DNA from: Candidatus Absconditabacterales bacterium
Lineage (GTDB): Bacteria > Patescibacteriota > Gracilibacteria > Absconditabacterales > Absconditicoccaceae
Length of the DNA: 64,000 nt
Reading direction: 5' to 3'
Assembly: GCA_041908765.1 (NCBI GenBank)
Contig: JAYREU010000039.1
Coordinates: forward strand, 7,618 to 71,617
Every line of letters begins with the position of its first letter. The first letter of the stretch is position 1. The notes beneath the pieces were generated by a model, which did not search any database, was not told the origin of the DNA, and was given only the letters and a program-made list of their open reading frames with translations. The position numbers were made by a program, and so were the translations under genes. Positions 1-12,701 of the stretch are shown here, piece after piece.

Positions 1-1
1 A

Positions 2-97
2 AAATCTGCCCTCTATGATCTCAAGCAAAAGTATGATGTACACGGCAAGGCCGAAGTGTATTTGTTTAGAACACAAAGAATGATAGTTGCAAAATAA
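2..97 (+). CDS. 3' end of an upstream gene (partial, hypothetical)
   Basis: Frame 2 reads ...KSALYDLKQKYDVHGKAEVYLFRTQRMIVAK, then TAA at 95-97. No family recognised. Confidence 0.25.
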   Translation, partial: KSALYDLKQKYDVHGKAEVYLFRTQRMIVAK

Positions 98-116
98 ATT
101 TATTTTTTTCGCTAAC

Positions 117-341
117 ATGAGTGAAGGTAGTTTAGATCAATTCGCAAGTTCAAGCCACAAACAAACATCTAAACACAAAGAGGATGTTATGTTTTTGATC
201 AAGGATATGTTTCTGTTGGGGATGTCCGAGTTTGCCAAAACACTCGGCACTGTTTTTTCTGCTCCCGCTCATGGGAAAAATCAAATTTCACTTGAGCTAG
301 ATAAATGGGAAGACGAACTTATTCAACAACGCCAATGATAG
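117..341 (+). CDS. small hypothetical protein
   Basis: ATG at 117 (MSEGSLDQFASS...). TGA at 336 is read as Gly and TAG at 339 is the stop. No family recognised. Confidence 0.3.
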
Positions 342-367
342 GATAGGAGTGTTTTAGATTAGTTGGT

Positions 368-1303
368 ATGATGGTAACTGTTTTGAGACAAAGAAGAACA
401 TATGTGCGAGCGATTGCTTTGGTGCTGTATGCGTGGTCAAGCGTTTGGTTGATGACTACCTCATTTCAATGAGTCGATGCAATTGCGCAAGCAGCAGTGT
501 GGATGACAATTTCATTGGTAGTACTTACCTTATTGGCAATTGAGTATCAAGAGGTGTTTGTACGTGTATTGTTGAGATATGTCTTGTGGTGACTGATGGT
601 ACAAATCTTAGCATGGAGTATCTATTATTACTTACTGAGTGGAATAGAAATTAGTGATCATAGTTTCTTGTTTAAGTTGGTGAGTCTCACTATCTTTCAT
701 GGCGGTATGGCATATGTGCTTTGGATGAAGCATCATTTTTTGCGTTATAGAGCTATGTATGGACTGGGGATATTGATCACGACAGGAGTACCTATCTATA
801 TGATTTCCTTGGCGTTGTCCGTCGCATTCGGTATTGGTTCGAGTTTTCGTCCTATTGGCATTGATTGTTCGGTGATGTCTCATGGGGTAAGCACATTTTT
901 TTCAAATGTTCTTCCTCGTCGACAAGCTTCTACTGCGAACGTGCAACCGATACAACAACCTGCACAAGCAATTGCCACATGAACTGATATACAACAACTG
1001 CGATGAGTCTTTACCCAAAGAGTGAGCCAATATAAAGCTATGATGATAGACGACCTCGTCGCACAAAAATCATTTTTGGATGAGAGTGTCTGTTCAGCAA
1101 TCGTTGAGCAACTTCGTACTTTAGCGGATATACCAGGAGTAAAGTTTTCTGTGATCTTGTTATTATTCTTGCTCTTGTGGCCGTTATTGACACTGTATGG
1201 CTGGTTTGTAAGTGGCATTGGTATCATATTGGTCTATTTCCTACTGCGTTGAGGAGTGTATAAATGGACAGACCGTCATGTACTTGGGAGAACTATCAAA
1301 TAA
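368..1303 (+). CDS. hypothetical multi-pass membrane protein
   Basis: Track ORFs 596-982 and 1022-1252 share a frame with the ATG at 368. The in-frame TGAs join them into one ORF ending at TAA 1301-1303. Several hydrophobic helices are present. Confidence 0.5.
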
Positions 1304-1336
1304 TCAAAGTAGCAAATATACAAATAATCAAATCTC
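1297..1336 (+). repeat. phased CAAAT octamer array, copy 1 (5 units, 8-nt period)
   Basis: The units are caaataat/caaagtag/caaatata/caaataat/caaatctc, starting at 1297, 1305, 1313, 1321 and 1329. The array overlaps the stop codon of the preceding gene. Confidence 0.6.
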
Positions 1337-1449
1337 CACTTTCTCTTTTGGGACCAGATATCAAAAATAGTGTTCCCCCTTTTTAGAAAGGGGGTAGCCG
1401 AACCCACGCAAGGGGGATAAAGGCGGGAGGATTATTCAAATCTCCCAAC

Positions 1450-2751
1450 CTATTTCTTCTGGAGATAGACTTCCGTATTGTATGTACCTTGTACTACTTT
1501 GTGTAACAGAAGGTCATTTTCTAGTGAATGAGTCCCCGTAGAGAGTTGCGTTTTGGTGAGATAGGGTTGCCAGCTGGCATAGTCCTGATCTGCGAGTTGC
1601 GTTTGGAGAGTAGCATAATCCGCCTGAAGGAGATGAGGCGCCCAGGTGCCAAGTCCATTTGTGTGTTGGAGGGTAAGCATACCTTTGGTTCGTTGTAGTG
1701 CACTTTTGAGATGAGGCGACTTTTTGTTGACGACAAATCCTCGTCCTTTGACTGGATAATCTTGGAGAGGAGTAGGAAAGTGGGTAATCGTATATCAACT
1801 TGCTTGTATTATACTTGCAGAATCGCTCATCCAACTAAATCACACGCCCAAATGACCGTTTGCAACTACACAACTCAAGAATGATATAACTCCTTCGCAA
1901 TTGTCTATCTCTGTCAATAGTTGTCCATAGTCTCGCCAGCTAGAGTCGATGAAAAAACTCAAAAAGTGTTCTTTTTGTGTACGTTTTGCTTGGCTAATGA
2001 AGAGGGAAAGCATATCACCAAATCCAAAGTAGGGCTCTGATGATCAGCTCAGTACTGGCCATGTCGTAGCATCAAGTCCAATACTCATGGGAACTGTCCA
2101 CTCTTTGGGTGCGGTCAAAAGTGCTGCCTGCAGCGTGCTGAGTGTCAATTGAGGTTGAGACAAGAACAACTCATTAGCATACACCGTGATGGCAGGATCA
2201 ATTCGTATGGGAAGGAAAGTAGCGTCTGTGTCATCTACCAAGGTTTGAAAAAGTGGATGATAGAGCGTAGACAGTGAATCTTGAAAGGGGATATGGTATC
2301 CTCGAGTTTCGTACAATGTTCGTAGATCTGTGGGGACAAGAGCAATATCTATACCAGATCCTTTTTTTCCGATAGTGGTGAGTGCTTTATAGTAACTTTC
2401 TAGAGAATCACTAATTCTTCGTTGCGCTTCCACCTGGTAGTCTTGCGCTATCTGAGCAAGCGTTGATGCGACTGCATCACTAGTGACGAATGGAGGAAAC
2501 AATAGCGTGATAGCTGTGTAAACTTCTGGTTGGATTGTTTTTTGTGTACTCTCAGTTCAAGTCTCGGTATCTATCTCCTGTTCTCCTTGTTCAGTTGATC
2601 CCGTCTGGGGTGCTACGGTATGTTCTTCTGCTACGGGTTGGGGTTCTTGTGTGGAATCATTTGTCCACAGCCAATATCGTCAAAATATCCCTCCTACAAA
2701 GAGAGTCACTGCACCAAGCATTCAGATGAGGATAATACGCCTACGTTCCAT
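1450..2751 (-). CDS. hypothetical N-terminally membrane-anchored protein
   Basis: ATG at 2751 (MERRRIILIGMLGAVTLFVGGIF...). Track ORFs 2044-2502 and 1450-1680 are in the same frame and are joined by TGA=Gly. TAG stop at 1450-1452. Confidence 0.55.
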
Positions 2752-2827
2752 GGGTTGGATGAGGTGAAGAAGGGCAAACAGAGAGTTCTAGGCCCATTGT
2801 ATTGTACGCAAAATGAGATGATTTGTC

Positions 2828-2855
2828 AAAAAAACCCTCTCAAAGAGAAGGTTTT
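2828..2855 (-). terminator. rho-independent terminator after rplI
   Basis: The minus strand reads aaccttctc-tttg-agagggtt followed by a T-run. Confidence 0.55.
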
Positions 2856-2885
2856 GGCAGTATCTAGAAAGTTAGTAGACCGTTA

Positions 2886-3344
2886 TTATGCTTTGGTAAC
2901 TACAATAGGGAGCTCTTGTTCGATAGTTTCAAATTTGAAAGTAGTAGTATACGTACCAAGTGCTTCAATCTTGGCAGCCAAGCTAAAGCATTTCTTGTCC
3001 ACATGGAGATGATGAGCATGCTCGATGTAGTGGACGAGCGTTTTTTCATCAATGCTATCATACAATTTGTGGGTATCTGTAGCTTGTTTTGCAAACGCAA
3101 AGCCACCTTGTGCAGCGAGTGCATCGATGACGGTCTTGATAGCAACGAGGTGCTCTTCTTTTGCTTTTGCTATTTTTTTGAGCTGAGCGCTATGTTGATT
3201 TTTGGCTTGTTTGTCAAAAAATATCCCAATTCCTTGGGGAGCGATTACTTGATTGACATAATGAATTGAGAGATCTACGACATCTCCTGCATTTCCTCTT
3301 GATCAAAGAGATTTGAGTAACAAAACAGGTGCTTTTTTCCCCAT
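2886..3344 (-). CDS. rplI: 50S ribosomal protein L9
   Basis: MGKKAPVLLLKSLGSRGNAGDVVDLSIHYVNQVIAPQGIG... matches the L9 N-terminal signature (GxxGDvv.V..GYarNfLiP). One TGA=Gly falls in the conserved 'LG' position. This gene is missing from the standard-code track. Confidence 0.8.
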
Positions 3345-3432
3345 GAGTACAACAGATAAGCAATTAAAAAACCAATGACTTGAGTCGACCCACACTATCG
3401 TTTTCATCGCTAATTGCAAGCCTTTATCCAAT

Positions 3433-3463
3433 AAAAAAATCCTGCCGAATACGACAGGATGAG
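3433..3463 (-). terminator. rho-independent terminator
   Basis: The minus strand reads atcctgtcg-tatt-cggcaggat followed by T7, just downstream of the 3487-3720 ORF. Confidence 0.55.
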
Positions 3464-3486
3464 GGTGATTTTTTCTTTTGCCGGGC

Positions 3487-3720
3487 TTATCCCGGGAATG
3501 AACGTGCGTAGTCGATAACGGAGTGACCACGCTTTTCATGATCCGCAGGCGATTCGCCAGGGAGTTTTTTGAACCCCTGAGCTTCAAGCTTCTCTGAGCT
3601 TGGGTTGACATAAGGTTGATGATAGATAGGATTGGTTGCCCAATCAATCATGATATAAGCCATGATGTAAATGCACATCCCTTGACACCAGAACTTTACT
3701 GCGCTTAAAAAATTTTTCAT
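3487..3720 (-). CDS. small hypothetical membrane protein
   Basis: 77-aa ORF with ATG start, TAA stop, one hydrophobic helix and its own terminator. Confidence 0.4.
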   Translation of the reverse strand: MKNFLSAVKFWCQGMCIYIMAYIMIDWATNPIYHQPYVNPSSEKLEAQGFKKLPGESPADHEKRGHSVIDYARSFPG

Positions 3721-3781
3721 ATATATTGCTGTTTTATGCCCTCAGAAACTATCTATTCCTCATCAAAAGTCAAGTCTTTTT

Positions 3782-5488
3782 CTACTTCCCTCTCTGCTCG
3801 TCCAAATAATGCAAAATCTGCTCTTTGGTGTTTCTCCCTGAGATATCTGTGAGGACTCGATCGAAGGCAAGGGCGAGGAGTTCTCCTACTTCACGTCCTG
3901 GAGGAATGCCATAGGTGTCCATAAGTATGGTGCCGTCGATCGCAAGGTTGGATTGCGTAAACCTCCCTTCGGAGTCATAGAGATCATGGATTTGCTGTTG
4001 CATAGCGAGCAGGCCATCTATTGCAGGTGGTTGCATAGGGTTGTATTGTCACATTCTGTCTGCTATCGCTAGATCAATGAGATTATGGACAAGCTCAATA
4101 CCCGATTCACTAATTAGTTTTCTGAGTTTTTTGACGAGATTTTCTTCTTTGCCATCGAGAAGTTCTCCGGGTCTATGATGCATGTTGATATATCGACAGA
4201 CGGTGTCTATTTCTTTTTGAGAACAGCCGAGCGCACGCAGGTCGCTGGTAGCGAGCGGAACGCCGAGAGTAGTATGATACATCTTGCCGGCTATAGGGAG
4301 TTTTTTTTCTTCTTTGGAAGGCATGAGTGAATAGTAGTGATACTGCTCAGGCTTGCCTACATCATGATAGAGCATACCCAGTTTGCACAATCGATCATCG
4401 TTGCGTGCTTGTAGAGCTTTGAGGCAAAGTAATGTATGACTATAGACATCAAAGGGATGATACCTCACCGGCTGAAGGACGTTTTTGGTGGCTGCCACTG
4501 CAGGGAAAAGTATGGGCAAAATACGTAGTTCGTCCAACAATGCTATATATCCGAACGGATCATGTGCACAAAATACTTTTTTGATTTCGATATGCAGACG
4601 TTCTTTTGGCAAAGAGGTGAGGAGATAGTAACTTTTTTTCATCGCATTTCGCGTCGCTGGGTCTATATCAAAATAGTTGTTGGTATGCAGTTTTGCAAGA
4701 TGTTGATTGAGGATATTGACGAATCTCACTCCTCTAATAATTCTCAAGGCATCTTCTCCAAATCTCAAGTGAGGATCTCCTACGGTACGAATCACGGGGT
4801 CGACCAAATCATTGAGACCACCATGGGGATCGATCAAGAAAAGTACGGGTCCATTCTGTTTCACTTCGCCGACACTGACTATATCTTGAAAAAATTGTTG
4901 AGCGTGCTCTTCATTGAATGTACCATCAGGAAAAAGTAATTCGATATGCGCATGGTTTTGGATGATGACTACGTTGTGTGTAACGAGAAAAATACTACCG
5001 TGTTGGGCGAGCAGTGCAAGGAGTTCGTGATCATCGGTCGCCGGCAGTGCGGGCTGTGTTGGCTGTAGCATAAATTGGTCAGGCGCACAGGCGAGGTAGA
5101 GGCAATTGATCGTAAAATCTCTACGTTTGCTATCTGCGAGTAGACTGGATGATCGGGTGATTTCTTCGGGATGACGAAAGTCTTCATAACCACCTTCGGT
5201 GCGAAAAGGAGTAATTTCATAGTTGAGCTCTTTATCTACGTGAGGAATGATAGTCATCGTGCCAAATTTCTCTGTTCTGAAGCGTGAACATGCATCATCG
5301 TGGATCTGTGATCGCACTTCATCGGGGTGTCATGACAAGGTGAGATCAATATCTTTGGGATCTTGGGTGATGCCGAGCAATACATCTCTAATTGCTCCAC
5401 CAACAAAAAAAACATCCTGAAACGTGAGAAACGAACTCAAGAGTTGCTTTTGTTGTGCAAATAAACGAAGTGAAGATCGAACTAACAT
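3782..5488 (-). CDS. cca: CCA-adding tRNA nucleotidyltransferase with HD domain
   Basis: The N-terminus reads ...FFVGGAIRDVLLGITQDPKDIDLTLSG..., followed by RRDFTINCLY and an HD motif (LYHDVGKP). Three track fragments are joined in frame by TGA=Gly. Confidence 0.85.
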
Positions 5489-5645
5489 GTTCTACAGTCA
5501 ATACAAAACCCTACGGAGTAGCACCGTAGTTGTTTGCTTATACCGAAATACGCACATTTTGCTAGCGGTGATTTCAAGGAAATCACCTTGTTTTCACGTA
5601 TGAAATGCATACAGTGACGCGCAACAGTATTTTTCTTATTGCCAC

Positions 5646-8057
5646 ATGCCAAAAAAAGCAACCGCCCCTGTCAAAATAGTTGAGGAAACCAGTATCTTCG
5701 GTGATGACGCTGGATTTTTGTCGTGATTGTGAATTGAAGTAGTCGCACCAACCAAGCAAAAAGAGGTAGAAGAACCCACTGAAGTAGAGAAAGTCACACC
5801 CAAGAAAACGACTAAAAAGAAAGATGACCAGCCAGATACAGATATTGTCATGGCCAAAGAGCCTTTGATGCAGGCGAGAATTATTAGCAAATGACCCCAA
5901 AAAGTCGCTGCTACTCCTATTATCACCTCACGCAAAAAAACTCCTCCCGTAGCTACACAAGCTAGCTCAACACCTCCACCTACCAAAACAAAGCAACAAG
6001 CCAACAAAGAAGTAGACGAACTTATCGAAAAGAAATCACAAGCTGACTCATCGACGTTTGCGAGACCAAGTTTTGGTCAAGGAGGTAGACCTGGAGGTGG
6101 TGGTAGACCGAGATTTGGGCAATGAGGACAGGGAGGACAAAGAAGACCTGGTGGAAGATCGTCATGACCTGCAGGCGCAGCTATTCAAATATGAGCACGT
6201 GGCCAAAACAGAGGCGCGATTCCCCAAGAAGCTGCCGTCAAAAAAGAAAAAACCTACAAAGTCTCAGATAGTCTCAAGAAAAAAGGTACTATCAGTATGG
6301 GGGACAAAATTATCGTCAAAGAGTTTTCTGAGAAAATGTGAGTCCCGTTGCCAGAAGTGATGAAAGTACTATTGTCCAACAAGATTGTCGTAGGTGCACA
6401 AGCGAGTATCGACTTCGATACTGCAACGCTCGTAGCAGCAGAATTCCAAGTAACGATCGAAAGAGAAAATGCACAGATGAATGTGAGTGATATTTTGTCA
6501 TGAAATCTCCAATCTATTTTGGATCAGGATAAAGAGCGTGAGGATTTGATTCCTAGACCACCAATTGTGACGATCATGGGACACGTCGACCATGGCAAGA
6601 CAAGATTACTTGATTACCTCAGAAAGACAAATGTCCTTGGAGGTGAAGCAGGTGGTATTACCCAGTCAATCGGTGCATCACAAATTATACACAATGACCA
6701 ACCTATTACGTTCATAGATACTCCAGGTCATGAGCTCTTCACGTCGTTGAGAGCAAGAGGAGCCAAAATTACCAATATTGTCGTGATTGTGATTGCGGCA
6801 GATGATGGTATCAAGCCACAAACAGTAGAAGCTATCAATCATGCCAAAGACGCGCATGTACCCATTATCGTAGCTATCACCAAAATTGATTTGGGTATCG
6901 GGAAGTTGGATGAGATCAAGGGACAGCTTGCAGAGCACGGTCTCCAACCCGAAGAATGGGGTGGTGATGTGATGCTCGTGCCGGTATCAGCAGTGACCTG
7001 ACAAGGTATCAATGATCTTTTGGATTCTATTCTTCTTCAATACGAATTATTGACGTTACGCTATAGCCCGAGTAGACCTGCCGTAGGTGTGGTTGTAGAA
7101 GCCAACAAAGATGCAAAACAATGAGTGACTACTACATTGTTGATTATGACGGGAACATTGCATGTTGGTGATGTCATCGTCATTCACAATACTTTTGGTA
7201 GAGTGAGAAGAATGCTCAACCGAAAAGGTGAAATGATCAAAGAAGCAACCGCTGGTGATCCTGTGGTGATTTCTGGTATTCAAGATCTTCCCGAACCAGG
7301 TAGACTAGCAGAAGTTGTTGCATCAGACAAAGAAGCAAACAAGAGAATTGAGTCACTCCAAGAGCATGCACAAATACACTCCAAAGATGTATTGATGCAA
7401 ACCATCGAAAAAATTGGCAAAGGCGACAAGGTACAACTCAAGCTTATTCTCAAGGCGGATAGTGTCGGTAGTTTGGAGGCACTCAAACATGCATCACTCA
7501 AAGTCGCTCTACCAGAGACAGTTGATCTCAAGATAATTCATTCAGATGTGGGAGCAATTACTGATTCAGACCTCATCTTTGCTCAGGCATCTCAAGCGAT
7601 TGTTATAGGTTTCAATGTAGCAGTCAGTGGAATACTCAAAAAGAAAGCAACACAAATGGGTGTGCAAGCTAAATCGTATGATATTATTTATGAGTATATT
7701 GATTTCCTAGAGTCCGTTCTCAAGTGAATGGTTGTGGTGGAGAAAGTGGAAGTAGTTATTGGTAAAATGGAAGTGCTGGGCGTCTTCTTTAGAAAAGCAA
7801 AAGATATGGTCATTGGGGGAAGAGTCCAAGAAGGGAGAGTCGTCAATGGTGCTAAATTTAGAGTCCGGAGAGCATCTGATCCTCAAGTAGATGCACAAGG
7901 TGAACCAATGCCATTCACAACCTGACAAATTACTTCACTCCAAAAGGAACAAGAAAGCGTCAAAGAAGTGAGAGAAGGACATGATTGTGGTTTGAAGATC
8001 AAGGTAAGTAAAAAAATAGAACTAGGAGATGTCCTTGAATTCTTCATCATGGAATAA
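5646..8057 (+). CDS. infB: translation initiation factor IF-2
   Basis: Contains the G-domain motif [22 protein letters not shown]-like TKID and the C-terminal domains. The Gly/Arg-rich N-terminus uses many TGA codons. The fragments 6519-7001, 7125-7727 and 7728-7925 are all in one frame. Confidence 0.95.
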
Positions 8058-8098
8058 TACTCTAGAGGAATTTGTTTCTTACTCGATTTTCTCTGCCT

Positions 8099-8656
8099 AT
8101 GAAAACGACGATACTTGCGGTAGGATTATGAAATCCAGGAGCACAATATCATTTGACAAGACACAATGCAGGTTGGTTGGCATTGGATATGCTGACGGAT
8201 TTTTTGGGTCTCACTAGTTTTTTGGAGGTCAAGAAATATGAGAGTACAATTGCGCAAGGCACCTACAAAAATGACCTTGCTGTTATGGCGGTCAAACCTC
8301 AGACTTTTATGAATAAATCTGGTAATGCTGTTGCGTCGATAGTCAATTTTTACAAAATTCCTCAGCGTCAAATCATCGTGTTGCATGATGATGTTGATTT
8401 ACCTTTTGGTACATTCAAGCTCAAACGAGCAGGGAGTGACGGAGGACACAATGGCATCAAAAGCATCACTCAACAACTCGGTACTGATCAGTATCGAAGA
8501 TACAAAATTGGCATTGGTAGACCAACTCATCCTGCAATTGATATTGCAGATTATGTGCTCGGGAAATTTTCTGAAGAAGAACATACGCAACTCAAACAAG
8601 CACAACACACCCTAGAAGTCAAACGAAAAGAATTTGTCCGTAATGCAGCACTGTAA
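8099..8656 (+). CDS. pth: peptidyl-tRNA hydrolase
   Basis: MKTTILAVGLGNPGAQYHLTRHNAGW... The canonical GLGNPG motif needs TGA 8129-8131 to be Gly. Confidence 0.9.
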
Positions 8657-8657
8657 T

Positions 8658-8696
8658 CAAATATTCAAATAGTCAAATAAACAAAATACAAATCCT
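8658..8696 (+). repeat. phased CAAAT octamer array, copy 2
   Basis: The units are caaatatt/caaatagt/caaataaa/caaaatac/aaatcc. The array starts 2 nt after the pth stop codon. Confidence 0.5.
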
Positions 8697-8741
8697 GGTT
8701 TCTGGAGTCTCAATTCTTAAATCTCAATTCTTATTTCTCGT

Positions 8742-9629
8742 TTAGTAGCCAATTTGGGGATCGACGTAATTGGGGATTTCTCCAGGATCGAAGAAAATTT
8801 TCTGGAATCTTGGGAGATCAGTAATGTCGTAGGGAAGAGCAAAGTTGAAGATTCAGCTGAATTCTTGATAGTTTACTTGATTGAGAGAATTGAGGTCCTT
8901 TTTGAGTTGATTCAATTGGTTGAGCATATCTGTTTCTAAGTATGCTTTGTGGGTCAAGAGTGCGTCAAAATTTTGTTCGAGGATATATTGTCTTTTGCGA
9001 AGAATACTTGCATGGGTACTTACTTTGTCTGCGAGATAACTGTAAGCGTTTGCATAGATTCTATTGGTAATATAACAAGGTGCTGCCTTGATAGACTGCT
9101 CAAGTCCTGCTTGTGTGTCTCCAGGAAGATTATTTTGAGCGCCAGCGAAGAAAAGTTGATCTCCGCCATTTTTTTCGGTGAGACATTCTTGAGCTATTTG
9201 TTGATGGTCGAGCGCGCGTTCTCTCAATGCTTGCGTGGTGTTCTCAATTTGTTCTAGAGTTTTGGATACATGTTTGAGATGGGTAGTGAGAGCAAGTTTG
9301 GGATCGCTACTTTCTTGGATGAGATCCAACACATCTACTTGTATCAGTGATGAACCTACGGAGTAGAGATGGAGTGCTGACTTGATACTGGGATCATTAC
9401 CAAAACTTCCTTCGCCGAGTGATATATTTGCAATAATAGATCCTACAGCAACGTCATCAACGGTAGTATGTTTGACATAGGTCTCTCAGATCTTGATATT
9501 TTGGTCAACCGTCCACACTTTGAAAAACGAAAATGAAACAGCCTGCTGAGCAGAAAGTACATATCGAAAGAGGAGTCAGATCAAGAAGGCGCCTACAAAG
9601 AGTCTCTTTTTTGTTTGTGTTCGTATCAT
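8742..9629 (-). CDS. hypothetical secreted or membrane-anchored protein
   Basis: ATG at 9629 (MIRTQTKKRLFVGAFLIGLLF...). Reads through TGAs into track ORF 8853-9332 and on to TAA at 8742-8744. Confidence 0.5.
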
Positions 9630-9793
9630 CTCGTGGATGTTACTAAAGTAATCTACGCTCTAAGCATACGCGTGGCACCCATTTTTTGCCATTCTGGCAC
9701 CTTTCAGAAGACGGAATAGATTGACTTTCAAACATTGTATGCTCTTATATATCAATATATTATACTTAAAACACCAAAATAGCCATATAAAAT

Positions 9794-9822
9794 TTGACAA
9801 ATATAGCAATTGTCAATAATAT
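9794..9822 (+). promoter_or_regulatory. sigma70-like promoter (TTGACA-17-TAATAT)
   Basis: ttgaca at 9794 and taatat at 9817, about 30 nt upstream of the ATG at 9853. The -35 hexamer lies within the inverted repeat ttgacaa...ttgtcaa. Confidence 0.5.
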
Positions 9823-9852
9823 AACTATACACATTTATGAATACAGATACGT

Positions 9853-11085
9853 ATGAAAACAAAAATCACCCTTAGCGCTCTTGTACTAGCCATTTCATGG
9901 TTTGGTTGGTCTACTTTTTCGGTGGAGGCAGGCACAGATCTTTCGGCATGTACCAAACAAACTTTCAGGATAACAGCCTATTACTCTCCCAAAGCAGATC
10001 AACGCTATTTTTTCCAAGGAGATCATACTGCCGAAACTAGACTCAATGGGAATGGTACCCATGGTGCTTCAGGAGCACCTGTTTTCAATGGCATGATCGC
10101 TGCTCCCAAAACATATGCGTTTGGTACTCAAGTAGTATTTCCTTGATTTGGTATTGGCCAGGTCGAAGATAGAGGTGGTGCAATTGTGCAAAAGGGAGAG
10201 AGAGGTGAAGAATACGACAGACTAGATATTTGGCTCGGTGAAGGTGAAGAAGGCCTCAAAAGAGCAATTTCCTTTGGTGTGTGATATATGGAGGGATATG
10301 TGTGTCCAGAGGGGACATCCAAAAAAGTAGGTTGGGATTTGAAAGCATTCCCGATCGATCAGAACTTTTTCTTCAACAGCTTGTGGATTATTCACTTGTG
10401 AGAGGGCAGAAAAGATCCTTGGGTATGGATGTTACAACGTTTGCTCCAACATCTCGAATATTATACCGAAGATGAACTCACTTCTACCTATGATGAACCT
10501 ACCAAACAAGCAGTGTGTTCATTCCAACAAGACGCATTAGGACTAGATGCAAGCAGTGTTCGGTGTGGGTATTTTGGTCCACAGACGAGAGGTGCTTTGT
10601 TGAGAGTAATCAAGAAAAAAGGTATTTATGATCTCTTTGCACAAAAAGATAACGACGAAATTGCACTTGCAGGTCAAGAAACTATTGAAATAGTTGCACC
10701 AGAGGAAATTCCTGTTGAAGAAACGGTCACAGAACCTACACAACCAGAAGTTGAGGTTGTTCCTACTCCTGTAGCGGCACCAGAGGAAACAGACCCCTCA
10801 CTCAATCAGAAAAATTCCCACTATCTCGCCATCGGAGATACGAGAGCATACCAATTCTTGGAAAACATCGCCCTAGGAACAGCTAATCGTGAGGTCAAAA
10901 TGTTGCAAAGAAAGTTGCAATGGCTTGGATTCTACACAGATCCAATTAGTGGAGTCTACGATACTACCACCGCGCAAGCAGTCTACGCATTCCAGCTCCA
11001 TCATAAACTCCTCACCGGTGATGAAAATCCCAAACTCTTCGGCTACTTCGGACCTGCTACGAGAGCAAAATTAAATAGTTTATAG
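9853..11085 (+). CDS. secreted cell-wall protein: 3D (MltA-like) domain plus peptidoglycan-binding repeats
   Basis: Signal peptide, then FRITAYYSP...NGNGTHGASG...DRGGAI (3D-domain-like), then two PG_binding_1-like repeats (YFGPQTRGAL, YFGPATRAKL). Fragments are joined by TGA=Gly. Confidence 0.7.
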
Positions 11086-11128
11086 GAAGGTTGAAAGTGG
11101 AAGGTGGAAAAGTTGAGCCCTCGCCTAT

Positions 11129-11160
11129 AAAAAAAATGAGGAGATGAGTCCTCATTTTTC
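11129..11160. terminator. bidirectional hairpin terminator
   Basis: A-run, tgagga-gatgag-tcctca, then T-run. Confidence 0.55.
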
Positions 11161-11178
11161 GTTCTTAGTTAAAATGAA

Positions 11179-11355
11179 TTAATTTTGCTCTGGAGAGTTA
11201 TTGGGGAAATGTTTGGTAAGATTATGGAAAAGTAGGGAAGCATAGATATCATGAATAACACTAGTTTGTGGTTCCAAATCTTGATTTAGTTCGTTGAGGC
11301 GATCAAAATCATCTTCATTTGTGTCATGCATCCAACTTTGTGGGACTCAAGACAT
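11179..11355 (-). CDS. small hypothetical ORF (58 aa)
   Basis: ATG at 11355 to TAA at 11179, with one TGA=Gly. No family recognised and it may not be expressed. Confidence 0.2.
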
Positions 11356-11456
11356 AGGTGTGTTGTAGCTAATAAAATAGTAATTGACTTATACTTATTC
11401 TATGATAAATTGCAAGGTGCTTTGCATTTTGTATTTTGCAACTTTGTTGATTTGTT

Positions 11457-12695
11457 TTATCGTCCTCTATCTTGCATCGCTTGCAATAATCTCTCTATAG
11501 CGACGATATAGGCAGCATCTCTTCGGCTGACGGTGTGTTGTTGGACTTTGCCATGGAGTGCATCCGTTGCATCACACATGATGAGGTGTAATCTGTCGAA
11601 AACTTCTTGTTTGCTTCGATAGTAGTTAGTGTTATTTTGGACTTGTTCGAAATAGCTGACCGTGACACCACCAGCATTAGCTAAGATGTCTGGCAGGACG
11701 ATGATATCTTTGGAGGTGAGGATTTTGTCTGCAGCGGGGGTAGTTGGACCATTCGCAAGTTCGAGGATTACTTTGGCTTGGACCATCGGTGCGTTGCTTT
11801 CGGTGATTTGAGATTCGAGGGCAGCGGGGACGAGAACATGACATGGGAGAGCAAAGAGTTCTTGTTCGGTAATGACATCTGCTCCTTCACAGGTGATGAC
11901 GGATTTATTTTGTGCCTTGATCTCCATAATTTTTTTCACATCAAGTCAGGTTGCTTTGTAGATAGCGCCTTGTGAATCAGAGATTGCGGTGACGATTGCA
12001 CCTGCTTCACATGCGAGGAGAGCAAAGTTGAGACCTGCATTTCCAGCTCACTGAATGACGATCGTTTTGCCCGCTAATGATTCTTTGGTATATCACAGGA
12101 ATTGTTCGAGGACATACATACCTCCAAGTGAAGTAGCAATATCTCTGCCTTTACTTCCTCAGATACTCAATGGTTTACCGGTGATGACACCAGGTTGCCA
12201 TTGACCGGTGCAGGTTGCGAACTCATCGACCATCCAGCCCATGATCATACCATTGGTATTTACGTCTGGTGCTGGCACATCTTTGGTGGGTCAAATGTGT
12301 TTCCGAATCTGTTGGATATAGCCTCTTGAAAGTCTTTCTAGTTCTGCTCTAGAAAGTGTTTTGGGATCGACAATAATTCAGCCTTTGCCTCAGCCAAGTG
12401 GGAGATCTACGACAGCGGTTTTGAAACTCATCCATGCAGAGAGTGATTTTACTTCGTCTAGACTAACTTGTGGATGATATCTAATACCACCTTTGAAAGG
12501 TCCTTTGACATCGACATGCTGACATCTCCACCCTTGAAACGTACGCTCCGTCCCATCATCCATATTTATTGTTACGTTGGCTTCGATGATATTGCGATGC
12601 GTCAATAAGTGCGCTAACAAACGCTCAGGAAATTTGTCTGCGAGATAGCCAGCGCTATGACGAATTTGTTCTTGGACTTGTCAGAAGAGTGACAT
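11457..12695 (-). CDS. gdh: glutamate dehydrogenase (Glu/Leu/Phe/Val dehydrogenase family)
   Basis: Contains [17 protein letters not shown] (the Gly-rich motif needs TGA=Gly) and a C-terminal NAD(P)-binding domain (GAGNAG, ANGPTTP). 413 codons in one frame. Confidence 0.9.
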
Positions 12696-12701
12696 GTATA
12701 T

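Noticed and set aside
5646-8057. Interpreting the many split housekeeping genes (infB, clpC, leuS, glyQS and others) as pseudogenes or as a degraded genome.
   Set aside because: All fragments of each gene share one frame. The interruptions are always TGA and never TAA or TAG, and they coincide with conserved Gly positions. This is codon reassignment, not decay.
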